This document shows positions 1 to 13,391 of a stretch of 64,000 bases of DNA, one piece after another. Under the pieces are notes generated by a model, which was not told where the DNA came from, made no database searches, and saw only the letters and a list, made by a program, of their open reading frames with translations. The DNA is taken from the NCBI RefSeq assembly GCF_006345805.1, contig NC_042999.1, positions 32,116,001 to 32,180,000 on the forward strand. Reading direction: 5' to 3'. Numbering within the stretch: position 1 is the stretch's first letter; each line of letters opens with the position of its first letter. Source of the stretch: Octopus sinensis (taxonomy: Eukaryota). Made by a program: the position numbers and the translations under genes.

Positions 1-2632
1 GATATCTCAGACCATAAAAGAAATTATAAGAAAAGAAAATTGAAACCTTCTAAAATTAATTGTAATAACTACATTCCTTACCTGAAATTCATGTTTTATG
101 GCATTTCTCACAGTAATATTTATCAACATAGAATACTGAGGCACATTGACCGGTTATAATATCGGAGCCCATTTCGATATACATATATCTCATCGGAACT
201 GGTCTTAGATAATTACTTTTGTACTAAATAGCTCAGATTGAAATTATGCGTAAGCTACAGGTGTACAGAAAACAGGAAATATATTATAGATACAAACAAT
301 AATAGCTCGGATCCTAAATCGGGTGTGTCCTCAAGAGAAATTTCATCAAATTTGTCGGGCTACACGTGATAAATATGAAAGCAACATTTGGTGTGTAATT
401 GAACTAATTAACTGCGTAGACAGATCGCAACACCGACCAACGGGGAAAAATTATTTATAATCATAACTGGCAAGGATTGCTTTGCAAAGATGGTTTCAAA
501 TTTTCCGTATTTCCCGGAGAGAATAATTCAATTACAGAAACCCCAGTGCTCAGGTGGTGCTTGTTATATCGGTGGAATGTGAAATCAGGACATAATGATG
601 AAGGAAATGCCAGCATTTCGGCCGACGTACTTAACGATTCTGCCAGCCCTCCCCCTTATCGCTTTCCAATATTAACTCCTATATCATACTACTGAGGTCG
701 ACTTTCCCTTTCCTTCTTTGGGAATATGTTGGTATCTCAATGAAAATATGCATTGATCATGTGCTAATATTTTCTATAATTTTGTTCGTAAGTGTCCTCA
801 ATTCTATCATGTCCAGTTGCATCGCAACGCCGTTACAATTTCATGCTATATTAATTTAAAGAAGTAACATATGTCTGAGTGTGTTTCATAAGTTGGGGGT
901 ATCTATATGTGTAAGACGTTGGGGTATTACGTTAAAGTATTTTAAGGGATTTGAGATATAATTCAGAGTGAGTGGATAGCACATGTATTGGTTAATATCA
1001 ACAAAACAAACTGTATAGGAGTAGAAAATCGAAGTACAATTTAAACTTTGACGTTCTCACGCATACAAGATAATATGATTTATTTATCTGAGACAGATCT
1101 GTCGATTATATTTATATTCGCATCAACCCCCCACCAAGAAGCCTAGAACTTTTTGTTTTATTTTTGCTATCTGTAAGATGCTTAGTCGGTAAACCCCTCG
1201 CTTACTTACATGAAGCGTTTAAGATTACAATGATTAGAAAATGTAGTTACTACAACCGCTTAGACAAATGTCTTGCTCGACCAACTAGAATTTTTTGTTG
1301 CTTATACCTATTGTAGAAGCATCTAAATATCCAGCATGCTTTAAAAAAATTACGGTATTTGTTTGCAGGGATTTTATGATATTAATTCGAAGTTTATATT
1401 GAATAATGCAAATAGGTTTATGTGTGTGCATATGTGCATGGATAATTGTGAGTGTGTGCGGAGATCGTATATAGTAATGTGTGAATTATACGTGAGTTAT
1501 TTCAAGTTTTATACTTTATAAAGTAGTAAACAAGTGACTCGTTTAGACTTTGGTGCACGACACTTCATTCTTTCAGACTCCCATTGGTTCAGATCCTCCT
1601 GAGGAAACTGGAGAATAAGTTACGAGCTTAAAATTTTAAGAAATGTATTAGGAGAAATGAGACAAATTTTAGATAATTTAAAACGTTAAATGAAGAATAT
1701 TGCTAACGTTTGGTATTTATGCCATAAAATTCTATGCCTCATGTGTATAGCTAAATGAGGTAAAGGCTAGAATGCATGAAGCTGTGACAAATACGATGAT
1801 GGGTCATTATTCAGTTGAATAACAAAAATAGGCAACCATCTTATAAAAAGTTCTTATCTCGAATTTAAGATAGTAATACTAAGGATGTTTCGTTTTCAGA
1901 TATATAGAGACTGTTCTTTCTGACCCACTAATATATGCTCAAAATCTAACTACCCTGCTCACACGATTTTGTGTAGTAAGCTACTGCCATTTAGGTTCCA
2001 GATATGGGTCACAAATGGTGCTTTTATTCTGTGTCTACCATTTTGAATAAAACTGATAAATGTTGCATCCCTTTATAAAGTTAATTACACATCATACAAT
2101 TCAGCAGGTGTTTTTAATGCCATTTATTCAGTGGATTGGAAATGTCATCATCTTTGATGACGACTGGGCTGATCACACACATATGGTTGAGTGGGCAAGT
2201 ATTAGATCCCATGAGTTGCATTTTTGAGTTAACATATAGGGATAAACATCTTGATGAAACGACATAGTCCTTATGTTAGGGGCACAGTTATAGGAAACTT
2301 TCACGAAAAGTCCATTGAAAAGTTTAAAAGTGTATTGCTATCGAAAAGTATTTATCCATCCAGCCTAGAAACACCTCATATTTATTAAATCGAACACCCA
2401 CTGTCAAAGTGGGATCGAACCGTCTAAAATACTTAGCTATGTCTTTGGAGTTGGATGTATGAGATATCATTAAAACCATGCCTCCAAATGCAAATGTAAA
2501 AACGTGTTCGTGTGTGTGTATATATATGTATATGCATACATATGTATACATACACACACACTCACCTATATATGTACATATGTATGTGTGTGGACACACA
2601 GACAAACACAAACACACACATAGATATATATG

Positions 2633-2855
2633 TATGCTGAGAGAAACGTTAGCGCGCCGGGCGAAATGCGCAGCCGTATATCGTCTGCTGTTACGTTCTG
2701 AGTTCAAATTCTGCCGATGAATACTTTGCGTTTCATCTTTTCGGGGTCAATAAACCAAGTACCAGTTTCGCACTGAGTCTATGTAATCGACTTAATCCCT
2801 GTGTCTGTCCTTGTTGTCCCCTCTATGCTTAGCCGCTTGTGGGCTGTAAAGAAAT
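2633..2855 (+). mobile_element. tRNA-derived SINE with a Nin/Deu-like central domain
   Basis: B-box-like GAGTTCAAATTC followed by TTTCATCTTTTCGGGGTCAATAAACCAAGTACCAG, resembling the Deu/Nin SINE domain as I recall it. Diverged copies at about 44029-44240, 48440-48650 and 51895-52010, and a minus-strand head at about 605-650. Confidence 0.7.
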
Positions 2856-3109
2856 ATATATATAAATATATATATATAATTTCAGTAAAAACAAATATTT
2901 GCAGTTTTTAATTTCAGTAAAAACAAATATTTGCAGCTTTTAATAAAGCTGTACTTCGTATGAAACAATTGTACTGAATAACTAATCCATTCTTGTTGCG
3001 TTTTTCTTGTTTATAATCACCCCACATTATTTTATGGTTAATACCATATAGATTTCTGGTGCATCTAAGTTAAGTACCGCATTCATGTGAATTCATTGGA
3101 ACTCACTTG

Positions 3110-5990
3110 AATCTTAATTGTTTTCACTGAAATTATATTCCCATACAGTCTGTATGTTTTTCTGGTACTTAATTTCTCAACAAGAATGGAGAAAGAAAAC
3201 ATAGAGTTTTCCCCTAAAGACATCCCCTTACACAGTAAGGATGAATATATCTGGCTACTTATCCATAGGATTAATGACTTCATTAGAAGAATTAGATGGA
3301 AAACTTACCATTTTGATGTCAAACGGAAAAAGGACCTTCAAGCAAGGAATACTGATAAAAACTAGGGGAGAATTTTTAGAAGCAGAAAGAGCCCGCCTCC
3401 GAAACCACTCCTGGAAAATTTCGAAAAAGATTTACTGAATCTTATAGAAGATATTAAATTCAAAGAACACCCGTTAAGATACAACCCTCACCTCAAACAT
3501 CTCAGAAACTTTCTTTATTCAACTCGTAATAAAGAAGGAATCTTAGTGCCATCGGATAAAACTGGTAATCTGTATAGAGTAGATTACACTCTTTATAGCA
3601 AGCTAATTAAGAAGGAACTCTACTTCAAATATAAAATTACTACAAAGAAAAATTTGAAAAAATAAACCTAGAAATGAAGGAAATTATGGAAAGATACAAT
3701 TTAACAGATAGAACGGAGCCGCTTAAACCATGTGAACCTAGAATCAACCTTAAGGACCACAAAAGGAATTTCATGGAAAACCCTTCGGTAAGACATATTT
3801 GTCCAACTAAGTCAGACATTGGCCGGCTTATTAAGATACTGTTCTACACCAAATAACCCCGATTCTTCCCTTAAATCTCTGTCTAAATACCGAAGAAGTA
3901 TTAAAATGGTTTAATTCTCTAACTAATACTAGTAGTCTCTCCTTTATTCAGTTCGACATAAATAATTATTACTCTAGTATTTCCCCCATTTTGCTAAATA
4001 AATCACTTATATTTGCCATGAATTGCTCCCTCATATCTAGAGAGGAAATCGATATAGTGCTATTAGCTAGAAAAACATTTATAGAATTTGAAGGGGAATT
4101 ATGGACTAGAGCAGATACCCCTAATAATTTCGATATACCCATGGGTTCTAGTGATTCGGCTGAGGTAACTAATTTGATAGGTGCGTATCTATTAAAGTGC
4201 ATAAAAAGGGAGTTCCCGGAATTACAAGGTGGTCTATACACGGATGATGCTCTGTTTGTTATTCCTAGTAATAATAAATCTAGCATTGTACGGATTAGAA
4301 AGAAAATTAATAGGTTCTTTAAAAATTTCAACCATAGCATAACTTATGAACCTGGCACTAAAATAGTCACTTTCCTACATATTACATTAGATCTTAACTC
4401 TAAGCTGCATTACCCATTTAGAAAGGAAGGTGAAATCACGAGATACGTAAATAAATTATCCAATCATCCTCCAAATATAATTAAATCTTTGGTTAGAAAT
4501 ATTTCCTTAAGAATCTCTAAATTATCATCTAATAATGATATATTTAACTCTCATTCTGAGCATTATAATGCGGCGTTATCTAAGGCAGAATACAACAAAA
4601 AGATTACTTTTATTGATAAGGAGAGCTTCCATATTCCTAATAATGGAGGCAGCAGTAACCACGTAAACAATAATATAGATCACGCCCGAAATAAAAGTAG
4701 AAATAGATTTACGGTGGCAACAAATCTAACGTACAAGCCTAACCTTAAGAATAAAAATATAGACTAGAGCAGAGGTAACTCTGATAAAACCAATTTAGAT
4801 AAATCAAAAAAGCATACAAATAATAGTAATAAATATAATAGCTCTGGTGGGATTAGTAATAATTCAACTAACTCTAATTCTAATTTAAGGAAATTTAATA
4901 AGAAAGATATAATCTGGCTGAATATTCCTTTCAACCAAGCGATTTTATCGGATATACAAGGCAGATTCAAATTAATTTTAGAAAAATATTTCCCAGCCTC
5001 TCATAAATATCATAGAATAATTTCTAAAAGAACGGTTAGGATTTCTTATTCAACCCTCCCAAATATGTCCACTATAATAGCTTAGATTAATAATAAAAAC
5101 ATTAAGCTAGCCAGGAATAATAAGACTAATACCAACATGAATACCAATAACAATTGTAATAATATTATCAAAAGTAAAAATAATAACCACAATAATAGTA
5201 ACTATCAAAACAAAGGTAGCATCAATAACCATGGAATAACTAATATTAATAATAATAATAATGTTAATATTAATATGAGTAATAATGATAATAATATGAG
5301 CAATGCTAATAGAGAAAATATCGGGAATGATGACAACATTGATATCTATAACAGCAATATGCATTCGGATATAAATACAAGCAATAATAGTAGCAATGCT
5401 AATAGCGTGAGTAATTATGATATTGCTATAGAGCTAAATGATAGTGTAAACGGTTCGATAAATGATAACACAGCTTTAGATAACAACATTACCTATAATA
5501 ACGATAATTATATTCATAATAATCTGAATAGCAACAATATGAGATATCTATCCTTAAATAATTCTATATCTGAAGATGTAATTGTGTAATTGTTGGTGTA
5601 ATTGTAGAATTAAGTCAAATGCCCGGCACCTGGTCTGTGTGGGGTAAATAACGTAATCTATAAATGTACCATAACTACTGAGAATAACAATTTTTTTATT
5701 TAGGTTGTACTATAAAATTTAAACAAAGAGTTAGCAACCATATCTCCTCATTTAAGTTACCTCATAAAGCTGGTTGCACCACACTTCCAAATAAGTTCTG
5801 GGAACTCAAAAATAATAATATTAAATATAACCTTAATTGGGAAATAGTTAGAAATAACAGGGTAGGTTGCCAACTCTGCTTCATGGAGACATATGAAATT
5901 TTAAGGCATAGAAAAAATTAAAATTTGTTACATAACCGTGTCGAATGAGATTTTCTTGTATTCACTCAAAAATTAAGACTCTTAAATATT
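3110..5990 (+). pseudogene. PLE reverse transcriptase + GIY-YIG endonuclease, disrupted by frameshifts and stops
   Basis: VPSDKTGNLY at ~3546; FIQFDI at ~3942; PMGSSDSAEV and GGLYTDDAL in ORF 3991-4767; thumb SNHPPNII; across frameshifts from ~5597, CNCRIKS.CPAPGLCGVNNVIYKC...YLGCT..FKQRVSNHISSF...WELK...WEIV..CQLCFME. The start position is uncertain. Confidence 0.9.
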
Positions 5991-7141
5991 TTAAATAAAA
6001 ATCATATAAAATAATCGTATAGAGCTAGGTCTATCTTGTTTTTACTAAAGAAGCAAAACTCTAATATATATTTTAAGAGCTCTTCCACTGGTGTTCTTTC
6101 TTTCTAACTGTACCTGTTTTAGAACACATAGAAACAAATGGTATTTGTATGTTGCCAAAACTTTTAATTGACTATATAGTTAATTTAATTTAATCTAATT
6201 TAATTAACCCAACTTAAATCAAATAAATTGCTAATACTTCCTAATTCTATTCTAAGTTTAATAGGTAATGCTACTCCCTTAATAATAATATAAAGGATTT
6301 TCACTATGATTTTCACTATATTTTGAATAAACAATTCTCTCACACCTTTTACTATAGAAATTAATTGACCTCTAGGTATAGACCTAAAGTCTGTCTTACA
6401 ATGTATAAACGTTTGTATAAATAGAAAAAATGATAAATAAATAAATAAATAACCTCCTGTTCTAGTATTGCACTTAAATCTCTTAATGTATTTTCCTCTA
6501 CAGATAGCCTTTGACCCCTTTGATACTTTCTTTTGTTCTCTTTATATTTTTATACCTGATTTTAACTCTGTTGGAGTGGCAGTTAATAGCTGTATGATGG
6601 TCAAAAGTAATGTTCTCTTTTATAAATCTCAGATTCCTGCTACTCTTACCTAGATTTTCTGTCACCACAGAAGTAAACTAATCTTTGTAGGTTGTGTACT
6701 TACACCCCTTCCTCCCATAATGTCCCATAATGTCCTTATTTGGGCGGTTTCTGCTTCACTGACTTCTTTTGCGACTTCTTTTAGTCAATATAGTCAATCT
6801 CTTCTTCCAACATAGTAGTTTTGTGAAACGAATAGAAGTGTGATCAACATCTCCTCATATATCAGGAAATTACATCTACTTTATTAGGTATAAATAAATT
6901 CATAGTCTCTGAGTATGAAATATCTCTTCATATCTCCGAAAATTATACCTGCATTATTATGGATGGATTTACCTTTTCTGTGAAGCTAACAAACTTCTTT
7001 AAAAACCTTTTATAAAACAGTGCATCCTTACAGAACTTTTAAAGTCTGCTTACAATCTAACATTGCTTTTCATAGAACTCTTTTCGATACTTCATGAGTG
7101 TAGCCTCACACCCTAGGATGTTTGGAAAGCTCATATGTATT

Positions 7142-7228
7142 TTGGCTGATGAATAAGGGACACTTGTATTTGCTGCAATATTTGCAGCTTTTAATAAAGC
7201 TGTTCTTCGTATGAAACAATTGTACTGA
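7142..7228 (+). ncRNA. Type-I hammerhead ribozyme in the PLE-1 3' pseudo-LTR
   Basis: ttgg-CTGATGA(7146-7152), long stem II (ATA-AGGGACA/TGTTCTT-CG-TAT), GAAA-CAATTG-TA, ctga. Core intact, helix III is the palindrome ACAATTGT, predicted cleavage after A7224. Confidence 0.8.
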
Positions 7229-7260
7229 ACAACTAATCCATTGTTGTTGCTTTTTTCTTG

Positions 7261-7325
7261 TATATATATATATATATATTATATATATATATATTATATA
7301 TATATATATATATATAATTATATAT

Positions 7326-7368
<43 letters not shown>

Positions 7369-7369
7369 T

Positions 7370-7435
<66 letters not shown>

Positions 7436-7442
7436 GTATATA
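7261..7442. repeat. (TA)n microsatellite at the PLE-1 3' junction
   Basis: Seen directly; begins immediately after the pseudo-LTR end. Confidence 0.95.
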
Positions 7443-7671
7443 TGCGTGTGGATGTCTGGATATGTCCGTGTGTGAGTTATATTCCTTAACAACTACTGAC
7501 ACGAATTATACTCCTTTTCATTTCCGAAATACAGACTTTCAACATTTGACAAAATTACCTACACCTTTTATGAATGTGTTTAAATACATGTCGGTATGTA
7601 GTCTCATTGATGAGTGCATACATGCATATATACACCCATTCATACACACACACAAAAATGTGTGTGTGTAT

Positions 7672-7709
<38 letters not shown>

Positions 7710-8449
7710 ATGCATGCATGCATGTATGTATGTATGCATATTTGCATGTATATTTATGTACGTTATATACATAAACACATATAAATATATGTATATACGT
7801 ATATACATAAATACATATAAATATTTTTCTTTTTTCTCTCTTTTACTTTTGTTGTTTTTATTCCTTATAGATCTTTCGCATATTTTATCACATTAGCCAA
7901 CGTGAACATCACTAAATACTTTATAATTTTAGTAATTGCCTCGGAAATTGGTGTTGCAGATTTGATATATTCAGCTAAATACATTCAGTGAACGGATACT
8001 AATCTACTTCATCTGCTAATGATTAAATTATTAAAGTTGTCATAAATTCATTAGACTATATAAGAAGATCATAGGAATTATAAACTCAGTTTCGTCATTT
8101 TACAGGAGAAAAGCGATCAAAATATATGTCCTACTTTATATACTTATTATCGAATCTATACACGTGGTAAATCACAAGTGTGTATGGTACTTCTGATGCT
8201 CATATAAGTATAAGATAAACGCAAACACACAAACATCTATGTTTTTCTTTTACTCCTTAGTAGTATTCGTCTTTGGACTCCAGATATATTGTGGTACAAT
8301 TTTATATTTATTGTATGTTACATTATTTTCTACATTTTAGGAATTTGTTTCATTTCCTTAAAGTGTTATTGCAGGAAGATGGGCTCTAATTGAATTGTTA
8401 GCACTTGACATTCCTTGAATATAAAATAGATAGTTGGCTAGGCTGGTAT

Positions 8450-9200
8450 GTTAGTTACGTGTTCATCGAATGAGTTTTTTAACGTTTCGATTCATGTAAT
8501 ATTTATACGTCTGCGGCCATCTTAATATCAGATTATAGAGTCCTTGATCGAGAATTTGAAAGCGGTATGTGTGGAAACCGGCTGTATCCATTAGTTCTTG
8601 CCTAAAAAAATTCCTTTAATGTCGGTGGTTGTAATATTACATTCCAGGATAATCTATGCATAACCATTGCCCTGATCAAGAGAACAGAAATATAGAAATT
8701 TCAGACTTTCCCAGTAATTAGGTCCGTTAACCAAAGTTGTCGTATTTTTGAATGTCTTCTGTTACACTTCCTTGAATGTGATTGGGTGGGTGTGGAGACC
8801 AAAGCCGTTAATAGTAATCTCGTCTTCTGAAAACTAAGGTATTCCATAGAGTCTCTATAACAAGTAGTTCTCGTGTTACGAACGTTCTCAGGAACCATTG
8901 CATTGCATGCGTTTTCTGCAGATGATTGATGCATCATTTCGCATGATTACTTCCGTACTTTATTAAGCTTTCAATTGTTGTGCTTCCTGGTGTCAAATAA
9001 TTTGTATTGTGCGTGTCAATTCCGTAGTGAGGAACGTGATATTTCCATGCATTGAATCTCATATAATTTTCATCTGCCTATCGATAACTGAGATTTATTT
9101 CATTCTGCAGTGAGATAGCGTCTCTTGCAGTTCGAATACTCGACGATGCATTTGTGTCATTGGCGTTATGCATTAGATTGGCTAAGATAAGGTCGTGATA
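8450..9200 (-). pseudogene. possible highly decayed Tc1-like transposase fragment
   Basis: Minus-strand RRHSKIRQLWL... followed by an IFLFS-like segment, weakly recalling the Tc1 'H..R..W...W..V.FSDE' region; no intact motif. Confidence 0.2.
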
Positions 9201-10455
9201 AATAATAGTGATGCTAGAAAACCTTACCGTGGAGCATAGTACTTATAACTCTAAAACAGACATACACACACACTCACACACACACATACACACAGACTCA
9301 CACAGATTCACACACACTCATACACACACAGACACATATATGTATACTCATACATATGTATGCATTATTCAACAGTGTTAAGAGAGAGCAATAGCTTAAG
9401 GTTGATGACCAGAAACAGGAGACAGTTCTGTATAAACGCCACACTGAACAAATTTAATTAGCATTGTCTTATTCATTTTCTTTGGCGGTTGGCTTGTTTT
9501 CCTTCTGGGGCAGATAACATTCCGTTTGTGGTTCCTTATATTTTCAATCGACCAAGTGGTTGATTGATAAAATTGAACAGTGAAAACCCCTAAACGCATA
9601 TCGGAAAAAGTCGTATGACTATAAATAAATATATAAATAAATAAATAAGCAAATAAATAGATAGATATTACCAATTGATTCTGTCTATTGAATGCATCAT
9701 TCTGTGAAAACATGCGATCGTCACTTGGTACTGGATCCAAGGAGTTAGAAATATGGCTCATTATATCCATTGACATCAGTTTTCGAGTTCAGAATTCCTT
9801 GACTTCACTACAGATAACGCGACTTCTTTAAGCCCGGTGTATTTTATTAATAAAGGATTAAATCTACACAGTTAATCCTTTATTAATTACGCTTCCTTTT
9901 CATACGTGTGTGTATGTATACATGAATGTGCTGTGTGGCTAGTAGTGGTATGTATACAGATATAAGTCTCTGTCTCTATTTGGGAAAATAAATGTGTATG
10001 TATATATATATATATGTGTGTGTGTGTGTATACACACATATATATATATATACATTCATAAACACACCCGCGCACGCACACACACGCACACAAACACACA
10101 CACGCGCACACACACACACACACTCACAAACGCCCACATATATCCAAGAGTGAAGAAATGGATTAGATTAGATCCGGGCTACATATATTTCATAGCTTAC
10201 GGAACCTCGGAAGAGGTAAATAAACAAGCCAAGAGTATAATGCAGGCTACTCGTGAGGCCAAGGGTATCTTGATTAAAAGAAGTTTATTCGAATACCCGA
10301 CACGTAAAATTTCACATACTTCGCAATCTTCAATACGAAACAAATCACAACATTCCGTCTCAATAAACCACCATTGTTCCTGAGAGCTCTTTGAAAGCTC
10401 ACGATTGCTTGAAGTTTACTTCGTTCCTAAACCTCGATTCTTTGATCTTATGTTC

Positions 10456-10640
10456 ATATATATAGTAAATCCAATCAAACGAAGAACAAACACGCAAAAA
10501 AAACAACACCGCTAGGACGTGGCATTTATAAGGTATTAGCAGACGCCTAGCGAACGAAAGAAATGTGGTTTAACGTTTTGAGCAAAGCACTTCTTCAGAA
10601 ACAGGATACGGACGAATGTCAATCAAAGAAGGAAGATTAT
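10456..10640 (-). mobile_element. short non-coding PLE-type end with a degenerate minimal HHR (10568-10602)
   Basis: Minus strand reads gttt-CTGAAGA-A-GTGC-ttt-GCTC-(A)AAA-CG-TT-aaac; short TA runs on both sides. Confidence 0.55.
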
Positions 10641-10849
10641 ATACATACTATTACACGTAATACAATTGTATATATATATATATTATATATATATATATAC
10701 ACGCACAAATGTATCCCGTGATACTTTGGGCTTCAATGAAGTGGTCCATCATGTGTTTCATCACGTGCCGAGTTTCATTTCATATCGTTTAGATTGCATA
10801 GGGGAAAACCTACTTTAAGTGAATTTCATGGTGAGAGAGGCCTGGAGAA

Positions 10850-11500
10850 ACTTAGAAATTGAGAAATTCTCTTGGAAAGTGTGTAACTTGATCGAGGTCG
10901 GTAATGGTGACAACAGATCTGTAACAATATCTTTGGAAAGTTAGCTGACGAAATGTTGACAGCTGCATTTGTAGGTATAAGAGAACAGCCCTGTTGCGAA
11001 GCCAATCTCGTTTTATGTATTCCGTGGTAAGATTTAGGAAAACGGTGAGAACATAAGTATTCACGGGTGGAGACAGTGTAGCCAATTGTGGCGTTGTCAA
11101 TGTATCAGTGTCTTTGATCGCAATTTGTCAATTGCCGAATTTAAAAAGCATTTCCCAAAACTCACATCATTCATACAGGCTGAGCAGCCTGTATGCATGA
11201 TGTCATGTTGATGGTGAGTTGTTATGTGTGGACATGCGACCAGAGGAGGGAATCTTAAACCAGCGAGTATCCCTTTGGGTACAATAGGCTGAGTTTCTCG
11301 AAAATCTCCTACAAGATGCGCAGTTGCACTTCCGAGGATGTTGTTATCGATGTAATATCTCTTGTTGTGATATAAACTGATTTTAGCAATCATTTATGAG
11401 ACAGAATTGCCTCATCCCAAGCAATGAGTTTTCACATTTTAAAATTTACACTTCGTCCGAGGAATGCGTTACGTTGCACGTTGGATTTTATTGATGTGCT
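10850..11500 (-). pseudogene. possible decayed Tc1/mariner-superfamily transposase
   Basis: Minus-strand ...AIDKLRSKTLIH/DNAT near 11100 resembles the QxDNA second-aspartate motif; other motifs are poor. Confidence 0.2.
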
Positions 11501-12029
11501 ACATTGAACGGCAATTTTAAGGTAGGCCCATCGATAATCAACAAAAATGTGTAGCGGGAGGTCGATACAAGTGTAAGGGGGACAATCTATTTCTGAAAGT
11601 TACTTCGCAAAGAGTTACATTCCTCGTCCACGATAGTCACCATATATCAGAAATGGAGGTTTTTCTGACATTTTCTCTAGGAGCGTCATAATACCATATT
11701 GCTCCAGAAGTGGAAAACCTAAAGTGTGGAGAACTATTTGTAGAACATAAGTGATGTATTTTCATGAATAAAATCGGATATTGATTGTACGTGTGATCAA
11801 CCTAATGGTCGGTCACATATATATATACACGCGCACACGCACGCATATACACGTCTTCCGTCTCATTTATTATAGATATACTTCAAGGATAAAATCATTA
11901 AAATTAATTAATTTTATGAATGGTCAGCATATAAGATATAACCTTTTAGGGATCGTTCATATATAGAGATATATAGATTTACACACAGTCACACAGACAC
12001 TGCTGCACACACACGCACATACATATATG

Positions 12030-12142
<113 letters not shown>

Positions 12143-12274
12143 ATATATGTATTTATATACATATACATATATTTGTATTTGTGTGTGTAGAGAAACAGAG
12201 AGTGATTGCAATAAATATATATGCGTGCGTAAGTTTGTGCACGTATATCTTTCTATGTGTAGGTTGTTATATAT

Positions 12275-12505
12275 TGGACTGCGGTCCTCCTGGCGCACCA
12301 TTTTGAAGGGTCTAAATCGAAAATTCGGACCTAGTACTTATGTTTCTAAATATGTTGCTTATTCCATCAACCTCTTTTAGAAAACCACTCACAAGGACTC
12401 GGACGGTCGTCCAGGGATTACTGTAGAACTCACCCGCCAAAGGCGTCATGCAGTAGCGCTGAATTTAGATCCGTGTTGTTCGGAATCAAATTTCTTAACG
12501 CACAA
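12275..12505 (-). mobile_element. diverged, internally deleted copy of the major tRNA-SINE
   Basis: Patchy similarity to 29595-30014 (GCGG.C.T.CTGG.GCAC, CTAGTACTTAT, CCACTCACAAGG, ATGCAGT.GC.CTGAA). Confidence 0.55.
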
Positions 12506-13285
12506 TCAATATGTATGTGTGTACGTCTGTGTAGCTATTTGCATTAATTACTGTGCATAAATTCATGTGTGCGGTATTGTTACTTCTTTCTTATAAGTTA
12601 ACAAGTTCTATACAAAACGAGTATACAACTATATTATTACAGTCTCTGCTACAGTACTAAACAGCATAATAATATTTAGATAAATTACTAAAATTGCTAA
12701 TTCATAACTCATAAATATTTCATAAATTTCAAATGTAAATGCAGTATTACATTAATATTTAATAATATCAAAAACATGAAAACTATGTTTTAAAATGTCT
12801 CAAAATCATGCTGTGATATCCATCAACTGCACAAAATAACAGCATAGGATCAAAAACATTTCAAAATCTTAATGCGTTTCTAGTATTGCCACTGCTATCC
12901 TTCCCATTAAATGCATCTTATGAAAAAATTATTTTAATCTAAACGCTGCATCTGAAGTTCCAGAAACGTTATAACTTATATGCGAATAACACCATACGAT
13001 ATGAACGTATACAACTGCACAAGAAAAACTAAAGCGCTTATCATAGCAACATGTGCCAAATTTTTTTTTTATTTTAGTCATTTTTTCCTCTCAAAATATA
13101 TATGTTTTGTAATGGATTAAAATATATCATTAACGAGAGTTACCCTAATCCTTCTCCTCACGTTGATAAATTCTAGAAATTTAGTATTTCGTTCAAATAA
13201 GCACCAGAGAATAGTTGTAAATGCTTGTCTCATATGTGCACGCTTAGTTGTTAGGAAAGTGAAACAGTGGTCGGGGTTACATAAA

Positions 13286-13348
<63 letters not shown>

Positions 13349-13391
13349 TGATAATTGTATACATATATACATCTACACATACACACACATA

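Larger units (their letters stand above)
2878..7260 (+). mobile_element. Penelope-like retroelement PLE-1 (C-terminal EN+, probably Hydra/Nematis-type), near full length and decayed
   Basis: Direct terminal repeat (pseudo-LTR) 2926-3010 matches 7177-7261; (TA)n on both flanks; internal frameshifted RT-EN coding region; HHR in the 3' repeat. Confidence 0.9.

Noticed and set aside
3110-5990. Naiad/Chlamys-type PLE or selenoprotein read-through
   Set aside because: The endonuclease is C-terminal, and the disruptions are mainly frameshifts and TAA/TAG stops rather than TGA at Cys positions.
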